NCBI GenBank assembly: GCA_031459875.1
Contig: JAVKHQ010000006.1
Location: 1-64,000 of the forward strand
DNA: 64,000 nucleotides
Direction: 5' to 3'
Source of the DNA: Candidatus Fervidifonticultor sextus
GTDB taxonomy: Bacteria > Sysuimicrobiota > Sysuimicrobiia > Sysuimicrobiales > Humicultoraceae
Position numbers and translations under genes: made by a program. How positions within the stretch are numbered: position 1 is the stretch's first letter; every line of letters begins with the position of its first letter. Below, piece by piece: positions 1 to 8,909 of this stretch. The notes beneath the pieces are model-generated. The model was not told the origin of the DNA. It saw nothing but the letters and a program-made list of their open reading frames with translations, and did no database searches.

Positions 1-613
1 CGACCGCGGCCGTCTGGGTCCGGAAGGCGAGCACCCCACGCGCTACCTGGTCGTGCTGGCCAACGGTGACGTCTTCCATCAGTTCGGCCCGAACGCGATG
101 GCGCGCTACAACGCCGCCGCGGGGCGAATCGAGCGGCTGCCGCTGGTGATGTCGGGGACGGGGACCTATGAGCCGCCGTACGCGCTGGCGGCAGCGCCGG
201 ACGGACGGCGGTTCTTCGGGGTGGGAAAGGAGAGCGGACAGGTCTACCTCTACGAACCACGCGAGCGGGAAGTGGGCTTGCGGATGTTGGGCGCGGCGAT
301 CCCGGAGGGGTACGCCACCCCCGGGGTGCACTACACGATAACGGCCGCCCCCGACGGGGCGGTGTACTACACGGGCTTGCTGCCGGGAGGGGGAGGGAGA
401 GACCTCTTCATCCTGCGCGTGTGGCCCGACCAGGGCCGGCCACAGGTGGTGGGACGGGTGGCGGCGCTTCCGCCCCCGCCGCCGGGATACACGCGCCCCG
501 CCTCCGCCGATGCATGGGTCCAGGGCTCGACCGCCACCCCGGACGGGACCCTGATCGTCATGCAGGCCTACCCCCTCAGGCTGTTATTGTTCAGAGGGCT
601 GGCCGCGCGCTAG
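1..613 (+). CDS. Beta-propeller-like repeat protein, 3' part (start lies left of the window); paralogue of 17901..19100
   Basis: ORF open from the window edge; repeats such as ALAAAPDGRRFFG and ITAAPDGAVYY; near-identical to the reverse complement of ~17912..18516. Confidence 0.8.
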   Translation, partial: DRGRLGPEGEHPTRYLVVLANGDVFHQFGPNAMARYNAAAGRIERLPLVMSGTGTYEPPYALAAAPDGRRFFGVGKESGQVYLYEPREREVGLRMLGAAIPEGYATPGVHYTITAAPDGAVYYTGLLPGGGGRDLFILRVWPDQGRPQVVGRVAALPPPPPGYTRPASADAWVQGSTATPDGTLIVMQAYPLRLLLFRGLAAR

Positions 614-640
614 GCGCCTTGTGTGTCAGGGAACCCCCGC

Positions 641-1672
641 ATGATTGAGAAAATCGTCCGGCTGGGTATTGTCGGGTGTGGTGCTGCTACCGAGCAGCGC
701 CACCTTCCCGCGTCTCGAGCCACGCGTGAGGTCACGGTCGTGGCCCTTGCCGACAAGGATCTCTCCCGGGCGCGAATGCTCGGGCGGCGCTTTGGGATCA
801 GCCGGTGCGTGGAAGATTACCACGAGTTTCTCGACGAGGTAGACGGCGTCATCGTCGCGGTCCCCAACCACCTGCACGGTCCCATCGCCGGGGAACTCCT
901 GGAGAGACGGATTCCCGTGCTTGTGGAAAAACCCCTGGCCCCGACGCTGGCAGAAGCGACGCAACTGGTTGCGGCCTCCAGGAGACTGGGTGTCCCGCTG
1001 CAGGTCGGGCACATGTACCGGTACAACAAGGCGACGCACTTGGTCAGCCGGCTGCTCGATGAGAGGCGACTCGGTCGGCTTCTGGGGTTCTCGCTCGTGT
1101 TCGCGACCACCTACGGATGGCCGGTGGCTTCGGGATTTGCCTGGACGAGGGCGCAGGCGGGCGGGGGCGTGCTTATTGACCTTGCCCCGCACACTCTCGA
1201 CCTGCTCCTGTTGTGGCTGGGGGACGTCGTTGACGTCGAGTACAGGGACGACAACCTCGGCGGCGTCGAGGCCGAATGTCACCTTTCGCTGGCCCTCACA
1301 GGGCGGGGCGAGGTGGTCCGCGGGGAGGTCATCTTGAGCAGGCTGCGGGCCCTGGGGACCACCGCCCGCATTGTCGGGGAGCACTTCACCCTCGAATACG
1401 GCTTCACGAGCTGGCTCGGCGTCCGTCTCTGGCCCAGCGCCTGGGACGGCGAGGCGTCCTTCGCCTCGGCGGCCGACACATTTCCACGCATCTATGCAGA
1501 GCAGCTCCGAGCGTTCGCGCAGGCGATTACCGATCGAACCGAACCATTCGTCTGCGGGGAGAGCGTGCTGAAGACCATTGCGCTGGTGGACCGGTGCTAC
1601 CGGGAGCGGAGGCCGCTCGGCCATCCCTGGGAAAAGCCTTTCGACGCGGAGATCCTCAAGGCAGCCCAATGA
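641..1672 (+). CDS. Gfo/Idh/MocA family oxidoreductase
   Basis: RLGIVGCG Rossmann start, VLVEKP motif, GGGVLID..HTLD; ATG at 641. Confidence 0.9.
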   Translation: MIEKIVRLGIVGCGAATEQRHLPASRATREVTVVALADKDLSRARMLGRRFGISRCVEDYHEFLDEVDGVIVAVPNHLHGPIAGELLERRIPVLVEKPLAPTLAEATQLVAASRRLGVPLQVGHMYRYNKATHLVSRLLDERRLGRLLGFSLVFATTYGWPVASGFAWTRAQAGGGVLIDLAPHTLDLLLLWLGDVVDVEYRDDNLGGVEAECHLSLALTGRGEVVRGEVILSRLRALGTTARIVGEHFTLEYGFTSWLGVRLWPSAWDGEASFASAADTFPRIYAEQLRAFAQAITDRTEPFVCGESVLKTIALVDRCYRERRPLGHPWEKPFDAEILKAAQ

Positions 1673-2844
1673 CGCGCATCCTGATTACAGGTGCCACCGG
1701 GTTCATTGGGGGTCGGCTCGCCGAGGTCGCCTGCCAGCTCGGCATTCCCACCGTCGCCCTTGTCCGGACCTGGGCGCGTGCCGCGTTGCTTTCCCGCCTG
1801 CCGCTCACGATGGTACCGGGAGATATCCTGGAGCTCGACACGCTGCGGCGCGCTGTGCGAGGATGCGATGTCGTGTTCCACTGCGCGGTGGACTTTCGAC
1901 GAATCGGCATGGCCCACCGACGCTCGAGCGTCCTGGGTACCCGCAATGTCCTGCAGGCAGCGGCGGAGGCGCGTGTCAAACGCGTTGTCTTTCTGAGTAG
2001 TATCGCCGTCTACGGCCGCACCCCGCCCCCGCGGATCGTCACGGAAGACGAGCCGGTACGGCACACAGGCGACAACTACGGCGACGGCAAGCTCGACGCG
2101 GAGCGCCTTGCGCTCCGCACCTTTCTCGACCGCGGCATCCCGGTCGCCGTCCTGCGCCCGACGATCGTCTACGGACCTTTCGGGGGATACTGGACTCCGG
2201 CCACGGTCGGCGCTATCAAGAACGGCAGCATGGTCCTCGTGAACGGCGGTAGCGGTGTCTGCAACTGCCTCTATGTGGACAACTTGGTGCAGGCCATGCT
2301 GCTGGCTGCGCAGCACCCCGGCGCTCCTGGCGAGGTCTTCCATGTCTCAGATGAGTCTCCAGTGCCCTGGAAGGAATTTGTAGAGGGACATGCGCGGGCG
2401 CTCGGGGACGGATTCCTGCCGCTGCCCGAGATGACCGTGGAGGAGATCGAGGCGGCCCGGGCCCGTCTGCGGCAACGCCGTCCGTCCTCCATCAAGCAGA
2501 CACTGACAGTGCTGAAGGACCCCCGGATCCGCATGGCGCTCCGGTCGATTCCGGCGGTGGCCCAGGTCGAGGCATTCGGGAAGGCGATCGTCCGGAACGT
2601 TCTGCCGGTTCGGGCCCAGCACTTCCTTCGCGAAACCGTCATCGGTTGGACCCGTTCTGTCCCGGGATCGGCTTCGGGAGTCACAGACCGCCCGCTCCTC
2701 CCCCGCGGGATGGTGCAGGTCCACGCGTCCCGAACGGTTTTCAGTGTCGAGAAGGCCCGACGCGTGCTGGGCTACGCTCCCCGGGTGGACTTCCATGAGG
2801 GAATGGAGCGAACGGCCGCGTGGATCCGCTGGGCGCGGCTCTGA
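1669..2844 (+). CDS. NAD-dependent epimerase/dehydratase (extended SDR)
   Basis: ITGATGFIG, FLSSIAVYG, YGDGK (YxxxK), LRPTIVYGP; ATGA overlap with the upstream stop. Confidence 0.9.
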   Translation: MTRILITGATGFIGGRLAEVACQLGIPTVALVRTWARAALLSRLPLTMVPGDILELDTLRRAVRGCDVVFHCAVDFRRIGMAHRRSSVLGTRNVLQAAAEARVKRVVFLSSIAVYGRTPPPRIVTEDEPVRHTGDNYGDGKLDAERLALRTFLDRGIPVAVLRPTIVYGPFGGYWTPATVGAIKNGSMVLVNGGSGVCNCLYVDNLVQAMLLAAQHPGAPGEVFHVSDESPVPWKEFVEGHARALGDGFLPLPEMTVEEIEAARARLRQRRPSSIKQTLTVLKDPRIRMALRSIPAVAQVEAFGKAIVRNVLPVRAQHFLRETVIGWTRSVPGSASGVTDRPLLPRGMVQVHASRTVFSVEKARRVLGYAPRVDFHEGMERTAAWIRWARL

Positions 2845-2882
2845 GAGCGTCAGCGAGCCTATCAGACCACGTTGGGACCACC

Positions 2883-3845
2883 ATGGGCGGCTCTTCTGAA
2901 CAGAAAGTTGTGGCCGTCATTCTGACGCACAACAGGCTCGAAGGGGCGATCATGCGGTGCGAGGAGGTCACCCGGCAGACGCGCCCGCCGGATGATATCG
3001 TGCTGGTGGACAACGGGAGCGCCCGGGGGATCGCAGAGCAGATCACCTCACGGTTCCCGCAGGTTAGCGTCGTCCGTCTGCCGGAGAACCTCGGCCCTGC
3101 CGGCGGCTTCGCCGTGGGGTTCTCAGAAGCGATGCGGCGCGGCTGTGATTTCGTCTGGGCCATTGACGACGATACTGTGGTGTCGGCCCGGTGCCTGGAG
3201 GCACTGCTTGCGGACGCAGAGACAGCGCCCCGCAGCGTCATCTTTCCTTCGCGCCTTCCTCACCACGAGAAGCACGGAGTGGCGTGGCGGGCCATGCTCG
3301 TCCCGGCGGATGTGGTGCGGTCGGTGGGCGTTCCCCGGGCGGACCTCTTCTGGCACCTGGAGGACACCGAGTACTTCATCCACCGGATCCGTGATGTGGC
3401 CGGATACCGCTTGATAATCTCGCCCAAGGCGGTAGTCTGGCACGGGACACACCGCCCCCGAAAGGGATTCCCGGGCTGGAAGCTCTACTACCAGACGCGC
3501 AACTCGATCTTCTATCGCTTCCGTCTTAAACGCAGTTGGTGGCGGCGGCTGCTGACGCTCCTCCGCGTTGCCGGTCGCCTCGTGGTCATCTTCGCGCGGG
3601 AGGAACGCGGGCCAGCCAAGGCATGGTTGATGGTGCGGGGGGTTGCAGACGGCCTCCGGGGGCGGATGGGCAAGACCGTCGACCCCCAGTCCGAACCCCC
3701 ATCAACGCTCGCCGGTAGCAGCCCCGACACCCGCGAACGCGAAGAGGCGGAAGAGGCGTTCAGGCGTTGGGACGCCGATTCAGAAACGCGGGAGACGATG
3801 CTGCGACTCTGGATGAATGATCTGGAGCGACAGACGGGGGCATAG
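2883..3845 (+). CDS. Glycosyltransferase family 2
   Basis: VVAVILTHN, VLVDNGS, NLGPAGGF, WAIDDD, EDTEY, YYQTRN motifs. Confidence 0.85.
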   Translation: MGGSSEQKVVAVILTHNRLEGAIMRCEEVTRQTRPPDDIVLVDNGSARGIAEQITSRFPQVSVVRLPENLGPAGGFAVGFSEAMRRGCDFVWAIDDDTVVSARCLEALLADAETAPRSVIFPSRLPHHEKHGVAWRAMLVPADVVRSVGVPRADLFWHLEDTEYFIHRIRDVAGYRLIISPKAVVWHGTHRPRKGFPGWKLYYQTRNSIFYRFRLKRSWWRRLLTLLRVAGRLVVIFAREERGPAKAWLMVRGVADGLRGRMGKTVDPQSEPPSTLAGSSPDTREREEAEEAFRRWDADSETRETMLRLWMNDLERQTGA

Positions 3846-3866
3846 GGCCAAAGCGAGGGGTTCGGT

Positions 3867-5105
3867 ATGGGCCACGTGCGCCCCAGGGTGAGCGTCATCA
3901 TTCCGGCGTACAATGCCGAGCCGTTCATCCGCGCGGCAATTGAGAGCGTTCTGGCACAGACGTATCGCGCAGGGGAGATATTGGTTGTTGACGACGGTTC
4001 CACCGATGGGACGGCGGCCGCCGTTCAACCCTTTCACCCGCACGTTCGCCTGATCAATCAGGTCAATCAGGGGCCGTCGGCGGCACGCAACACAGGGATT
4101 CTGAGCAGTTCTGGAGAGTTGCTGGCGTTCCTCGACGCCGATGACATCTGGTGTCCCGAGTTCCTGCAACAGGCGGTGAGCCTGCTGGAGGCGCGGCCGG
4201 GCGTGGACGTGGTCTACACATGGGCGCAGTTTGTGGACCAGGATGGAGGCCTGCTCCCCGATCGCCTCTGCTCAAGTCTCGAAAGCCTGACGCTCCGACG
4301 GCTTCTGCTCGGCGGCGATCCGGTGCTGTTCTCCTCGGTCGTCGCCCGGCGGTCCGCGTTTGCGAGAGTCGGCCTGTTCGACCCCTCCCTGCGTCAGGCG
4401 GAGGACTGGGACATGATCCTCAGAATGGTCGCGGCGGGCATCCGGTTCGCCTCCATCCCACGGGCCCTCGTCTACCGGCGCGTGCATCCAGACAGTGTAA
4501 CGGCCGATGCGGGCAGTGCGCTCCCCTGGGAGCGGTCGGCGCTGCGGAAAGCCCTTGACACGCTCCCGCTGCCATCTGATTGTCAAGGGCTTGCCCCGCA
4601 GGCTACATTCAGGATCCTCCAGAGGGCAGCGATGGCCTACTGGAGGCGCGGTGACCGCCGCACGGCCGTGGAGAGGCTTCTGGAAGGGTTTGCCGAGTGG
4701 CCGGCGGCCCTGGCGCGTCCCCAGACCTATCTGGGCCTGATCTCTAGGCTCCTGCCGTCAGGATTCAAGGACGATGGGACGGTGTTGCGCGACCTCGACA
4801 GGCTGAGGGACGAGGCCGTCCGGCTCTTGGGCGAAGTCTTCGGCAGCCCGGATCTCCCGCCTGTCGTCCGTAGCCGTGAGCGCGCCGCATGGAGTGCACT
4901 CCACGCGGCGCTGGCCCTGCTGTTCCTCAGGCGGAGGAGTTGGCGAAGCGCGCTGGCGCACGGCGCGCGGTCACTGTGGCTTCATCCGATCCCTCCGCTA
5001 CAGGGGGGTGTGCTGGCCGCCCGCCGGGCTGCTGCCAAAAGCGTGGGGCTGCTGAGGGTGCCTGCGGTTCTCGACGACCGTGGGCAAGGATCACCACTTG
5101 GATGA
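3867..5105 (+). CDS. Glycosyltransferase family 2
   Basis: VSVIIPAYN, VVDDGSTD, NQGPSAARN, FLDADD, AEDWD motifs. Confidence 0.9.
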   Translation: MGHVRPRVSVIIPAYNAEPFIRAAIESVLAQTYRAGEILVVDDGSTDGTAAAVQPFHPHVRLINQVNQGPSAARNTGILSSSGELLAFLDADDIWCPEFLQQAVSLLEARPGVDVVYTWAQFVDQDGGLLPDRLCSSLESLTLRRLLLGGDPVLFSSVVARRSAFARVGLFDPSLRQAEDWDMILRMVAAGIRFASIPRALVYRRVHPDSVTADAGSALPWERSALRKALDTLPLPSDCQGLAPQATFRILQRAAMAYWRRGDRRTAVERLLEGFAEWPAALARPQTYLGLISRLLPSGFKDDGTVLRDLDRLRDEAVRLLGEVFGSPDLPPVVRSRERAAWSALHAALALLFLRRRSWRSALAHGARSLWLHPIPPLQGGVLAARRAAAKSVGLLRVPAVLDDRGQGSPLG

Positions 5106-5165
5106 GGCTCGCGCGGTCGGCTGGGAGCGTCCTGAGATTTCCTCAAAGTTCCTGGCGCTTCAAGA

Positions 5166-6410
5166 TCAAGGCCGTGCCGGAGGCGCAGCGTAGGAGATTT
5201 CGAGCCCGGGCGAGATGGCAGCTCTCCCGGTCTGGCGTGATTCAAGGCCGAACAGCACGATGCCTGTGGTCAGCAGGGTGCGTTGGACTGGCACGGGCGC
5301 CCGGCCTGTGGTGAAGAACTCCACCAGGGCGTGGACGAGATAGCCGAAATGGTCGTAGGGCTCACCCGGGAGGACAATGCCACTGGTGCTGATCGACCCG
5401 TCACGGTACTGTGCGCCCAGCAGGAATTCGCTGTCATCGAAGACCCCCGGAATGAGTGCGAGCACTCCGCGAGTCCCGTCAATGTACTGGATCAGCACCA
5501 CGACCGTGTCGGATCCCAGGCCCGCCGGGACGGCGGGCGCCCGGCGGCTGAGAGTTCGGGGGGACGCCAGCAGGGCGTCCACGACGCGTCCACCCCATCG
5601 CTCTCTGTCCGGAAGGGACCAAAAGCCTATACCCACTTCCCGGATCTCGCGGACCCCGGTCTCCCGGTGCGCGCGTTTCTCCAGGAAGCTCTGGAGCAGT
5701 TCGGCGGCATGAAAGGCGAACGCCCAGTAGGGCGTGTGCGCGATGACAACGCCGACTGCCACCCCCTCCACACGCAAGGGACGCGAGAGCGGAGTATGCG
5801 GCAGCACCGACCCTGCCATCAGAGACACCCGGCGGCGTGCGGCTTCCGCAACGATCGTCTGGCTGTCGGCCCAACTCGATGCGAGCATTTTGTCGATGAA
5901 CACCGGCACGAAGGTACCGGTCTGGTCCATAAGACGGAATGTTTCCTGCGCGACCTGCAGCCGGCGATGAGGACTCTGACGTTGTCCGCTATCGGGGAGG
6001 TCTTCACGGGTGGCGATCAGCACTCCGTCGGCGGCGAAACGCGGGCGTGGACTGCGCGGGTCGTCAAGCAGGGCGTCGGGAATGGATGCGGCGACGCGGA
6101 ATCCATATCGGCTAGCGAGCAGTTGCGTCAGATCGCGCTCATACGGGGCATCGGGAAACACACTGCCCACGGTGAGAGGCGACGTGTAGGTTGTGTTGCC
6201 CACGCGGTACCCCTCCAGGAACCGCGTGCCGATGACATCGGCGTGGGACCAACGATACCAGCTGTCGACAATGAAAGCGATCCGCCTGGGGCCGGCCGGC
6301 CCTGACGCAGCCGGAGACCACGAGCCGACGAGGGTCATGAGGATGAGCGCGCTCCCCAGTCGAACCGCCAGGCATCTTGTAAGGTGGCCCATCGGGTCAG
6401 TGCAGGACAT
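5166..6410 (-). CDS. Secreted hypothetical protein, possibly a divergent Gfo/Idh/MocA-like fold
   Basis: Signal-peptide-like N-terminus (LGSALILMTLVGSWSPAA); VPVFIDK and PVPVQRTLLTTG motifs; start at 6410 or 6392. Confidence 0.6.
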   Translation of the reverse strand: MSCTDPMGHLTRCLAVRLGSALILMTLVGSWSPAASGPAGPRRIAFIVDSWYRWSHADVIGTRFLEGYRVGNTTYTSPLTVGSVFPDAPYERDLTQLLASRYGFRVAASIPDALLDDPRSPRPRFAADGVLIATREDLPDSGQRQSPHRRLQVAQETFRLMDQTGTFVPVFIDKMLASSWADSQTIVAEAARRRVSLMAGSVLPHTPLSRPLRVEGVAVGVVIAHTPYWAFAFHAAELLQSFLEKRAHRETGVREIREVGIGFWSLPDRERWGGRVVDALLASPRTLSRRAPAVPAGLGSDTVVVLIQYIDGTRGVLALIPGVFDDSEFLLGAQYRDGSISTSGIVLPGEPYDHFGYLVHALVEFFTTGRAPVPVQRTLLTTGIVLFGLESRQTGRAAISPGLEISYAAPPARP

Positions 6411-6522
6411 GGCGTTGGCCGGGTACTTAAACGTTCCGGCCTCCAGGACCTGCAGGCAGTCTACTGGCCAGCTTGGGACCCGGTGCGCCACTGCCGGTCC
6501 TATGGCCACGACCGCCGTTCGG

Positions 6523-7125
6523 TCAGGCCCGCGTCTCAATGACCACGAATGTCGGTGTGAGAAGGCCGAGGCCGCACGATATGGTTCGCGTCACGAGGAT
6601 ATAGGGAAAGTAGCCAAACAGACGGGCCTCGGGGAAGAGCCGGCGCATGTCTGCGATGGTGAAGAAGTGCTTGTGGTCGGGATTCTGGGCCTTCGCCGGC
6701 GGGATCCCAAACAACCCGAGAATGCGGTAGATCCAGCACCCGCTGTTGGGCGTGGTGAGCACGAGCAGGCCTCCCGGTTTGAGCACTCGGCGAAACTCGG
6801 CGACGGCCAGGGCAGGATCCCGCAGGTGTTCCAGCACTTCGCTGCACCAGATTAGATCAAAGGTGCGATCCGCATAGGGCAGCGGCTGGTTGGCGTCAAC
6901 GACTTCTGCCTGAGGATATTGCGGGTTGATGTCGATCGAACAGACCGTGTAGCCACGTTGTTTGAGGATTTCGGAGTAGTATCCGTCACGACATCCGATG
7001 TCCAGCGCGCGCATACCGGACGACGCGGCGGGCACGTGACGAAGGGCGATTCGCTTGCCGGCGGTCCGGTGCTTGAGATGAGCCTGTCCGAAGTCAATCG
7101 GGAGACGCTTGAGAAAATCCAACAT
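6523..7125 (-). CDS. Class I SAM-dependent methyltransferase
   Basis: ALDIGCRDG, FDLIWCSEVLEH, RVLKPGG motifs; ATG at 7125. Confidence 0.85.
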   Translation of the reverse strand: MLDFLKRLPIDFGQAHLKHRTAGKRIALRHVPAASSGMRALDIGCRDGYYSEILKQRGYTVCSIDINPQYPQAEVVDANQPLPYADRTFDLIWCSEVLEHLRDPALAVAEFRRVLKPGGLLVLTTPNSGCWIYRILGLFGIPPAKAQNPDHKHFFTIADMRRLFPEARLFGYFPYILVTRTISCGLGLLTPTFVVIETRA

Positions 7126-7139
7126 GCCTGTGAGGCTTG

Positions 7140-7167
7140 ATTCTCCGCCAGCTCCCCCCGGTCCTGT
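7140..7167 (-). promoter_or_regulatory. SigH-like promoter motif ACAGGAC-N12-GCGGAGAAT
   Basis: AGGA-N18-GAAT, 14 nt upstream of the methyltransferase ATG. Confidence 0.55.
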
Positions 7168-7305
7168 CCTGCAATCGTTGGCAGCGCTGGTGCTGGTCGC
7201 ACTCTTCCTCGTTGGCGGTTCGTCGACTTCCCCCGTCTGGTTTGTGTCCCGGCAGCAGAGGCGCGCTGGAGCTTCCTGTGCCCGCGCGCTGTCTGGAGGT
7301 GTCCG

Positions 7306-7692
7306 ATGATACGTCTCGTTGCGGTGGTCGTTCTCGTGATGATCTCCGGCTTGCTCCACGCGGCATCGGGGCAGCAGCAGGCGAAACCGACACCCGCCGA
7401 AACCGAGCCCAAAGCCAAGGCCACCCCCGCCGGCGACTTCGCCATCGGGCAGGTTGAGGCCGTTCGGCCCGGCACACCCACCACGCTCGTCTTGAGGGTC
7501 GTCGAGGCGTCAGACAGCGTCCGTCGGATCAAGGTCGAGGGCCGGCTGACGGTGGAGCTGCCGGCGTCGGTACTGCGCGGGATCCAGGGCGGTGCCGCCG
7601 CCATTCGGGTGGGTGACCATGTGCGGGTCGCCGGTATTGTCCGTGACGGCAGGCTCATCGTGACGAGCGCGATGGTCCTCAGAGGCAAGTAG
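7306..7692 (+). CDS. Small secreted OB-fold-like hypothetical protein
   Basis: GGAGG RBS, signal peptide, IRVGDHVRVAG motif. Confidence 0.6.
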   Translation: MIRLVAVVVLVMISGLLHAASGQQQAKPTPAETEPKAKATPAGDFAIGQVEAVRPGTPTTLVLRVVEASDSVRRIKVEGRLTVELPASVLRGIQGGAAAIRVGDHVRVAGIVRDGRLIVTSAMVLRGK

Positions 7693-7724
7693 GCGGCCGC
7701 TGAAGATCGCTGCAGGGAGATCCG

Positions 7725-8909
7725 ATGCCTGCGCGCATCGTGTCGGCATCCGCGCACCTGTTGAAAGCCCCGGTGCCCGCGACGTTCTCCGCGTCCGCCG
7801 TACGCGGCCGTCACACGCACCGGACGGCCGTCCTGGTTCGGCTCGAGACGGATGCGGGGCTCACCGGATGGGGCGAGACATTTCCCGCCCTGGGGAGCCC
7901 GCCGGAGGCGATCCTGGAGACGTTGCGCACCGTCCTGGCCCCGGTCGTGCTGGGCGCCGATCCCCTGCCCGTGAGAGACCTCACCGCCCGGCTGCGGTAC
8001 GCCGCCCGGGGTCTGGGTGCTGTCGCGGTGCGGGGGATCAGCGCGCTGGACATCGCCCTGTGGGACCTGCGCGGCAGGCTGCTCGGCGAGCCCGTCTGCC
8101 GCCTGCTGGGCGCGAGCCCCAACGGGCGGTTCCCCGCCGTGGCCACGGCGGTGTTCTACGCGGATGACCCCGCGGATGCGGGCCCGCGCGTCGAGGCCGC
8201 CGTCCGCTACCACGAGATGGGCTTTGGGGCGATCAAGGTCAAGGTCGGCGGGCTGTCTCCGGCGGCGGATCTGGACCATGTGGAACGCATCCGCCGCGCG
8301 CTGCCCGCCGACGTCGTGCTCTGTGCGGACGCCAACTCGGGCTACCTGCTGCGCACGGCCCTGGGGGTTGCGCGGGGTCTGGCGGCGCTGGGGACCTACT
8401 GGTTCGAGGAGCCGATTCCCATCGACGACATCGAGGGGTATCGGGCGCTGGCCGCGGCCACCGGGATGTGGACTGCCGGCGGCCAGGACCTGGCCTCGAG
8501 TCAGGCCTTCCTCCCGCTGCTGGAGGCCAGGGCGCTGCACATCGTCCAGCCCAGCGTCGCCGCCGTCGGCGGTATCAGCGAGGCGGTGGCCGCCGCCGAC
8601 CAGGCGGTCCGGTTCGGGTTCCGTGCCTGTCCGACGGGGTGGGGCACGGGGCTGCTGCTGGCGGCGTCCCTGCACGTCCGGGCGGCGACAGCCTCCGCCG
8701 TCGCGCTGCCGTCTCCCGATCTCGACTGGATCGAATTCGACATCACCGACAACCCGCTGCGCGACCGCGTTCTGCGGGCACCCCTGCGGCCGGCGGGCGG
8801 ACGACTTGCGGTCCCCGCGGGGCCGGGGCTTGGGGTCGAGGTGGACGAGGATGGGCTCCGCGCCGTGACGGAAGCCTCGGTGACGGTTCAAGAAGGCGCC
8901 GGCTCGTGA
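7725..8909 (+). CDS. Mandelate racemase/muconate lactonizing (enolase superfamily) protein
   Basis: GLTGWGE, SALDIALWDL, KVK, DAN, WFEEP, PAGPGLGVE motifs. Confidence 0.85.
   Translation: MPARIVSASAHLLKAPVPATFSASAVRGRHTHRTAVLVRLETDAGLTGWGETFPALGSPPEAILETLRTVLAPVVLGADPLPVRDLTARLRYAARGLGAVAVRGISALDIALWDLRGRLLGEPVCRLLGASPNGRFPAVATAVFYADDPADAGPRVEAAVRYHEMGFGAIKVKVGGLSPAADLDHVERIRRALPADVVLCADANSGYLLRTALGVARGLAALGTYWFEEPIPIDDIEGYRALAAATGMWTAGGQDLASSQAFLPLLEARALHIVQPSVAAVGGISEAVAAADQAVRFGFRACPTGWGTGLLLAASLHVRAATASAVALPSPDLDWIEFDITDNPLRDRVLRAPLRPAGGRLAVPAGPGLGVEVDEDGLRAVTEASVTVQEGAGS

Noticed and set aside
6425..6453. Seventh SigH-like motif upstream of the 6410 gene (GCAGGTC-N12-ACGTTTAAG)
   Set aside because: The -10 element does not match GAA/GTAA; too weak to count
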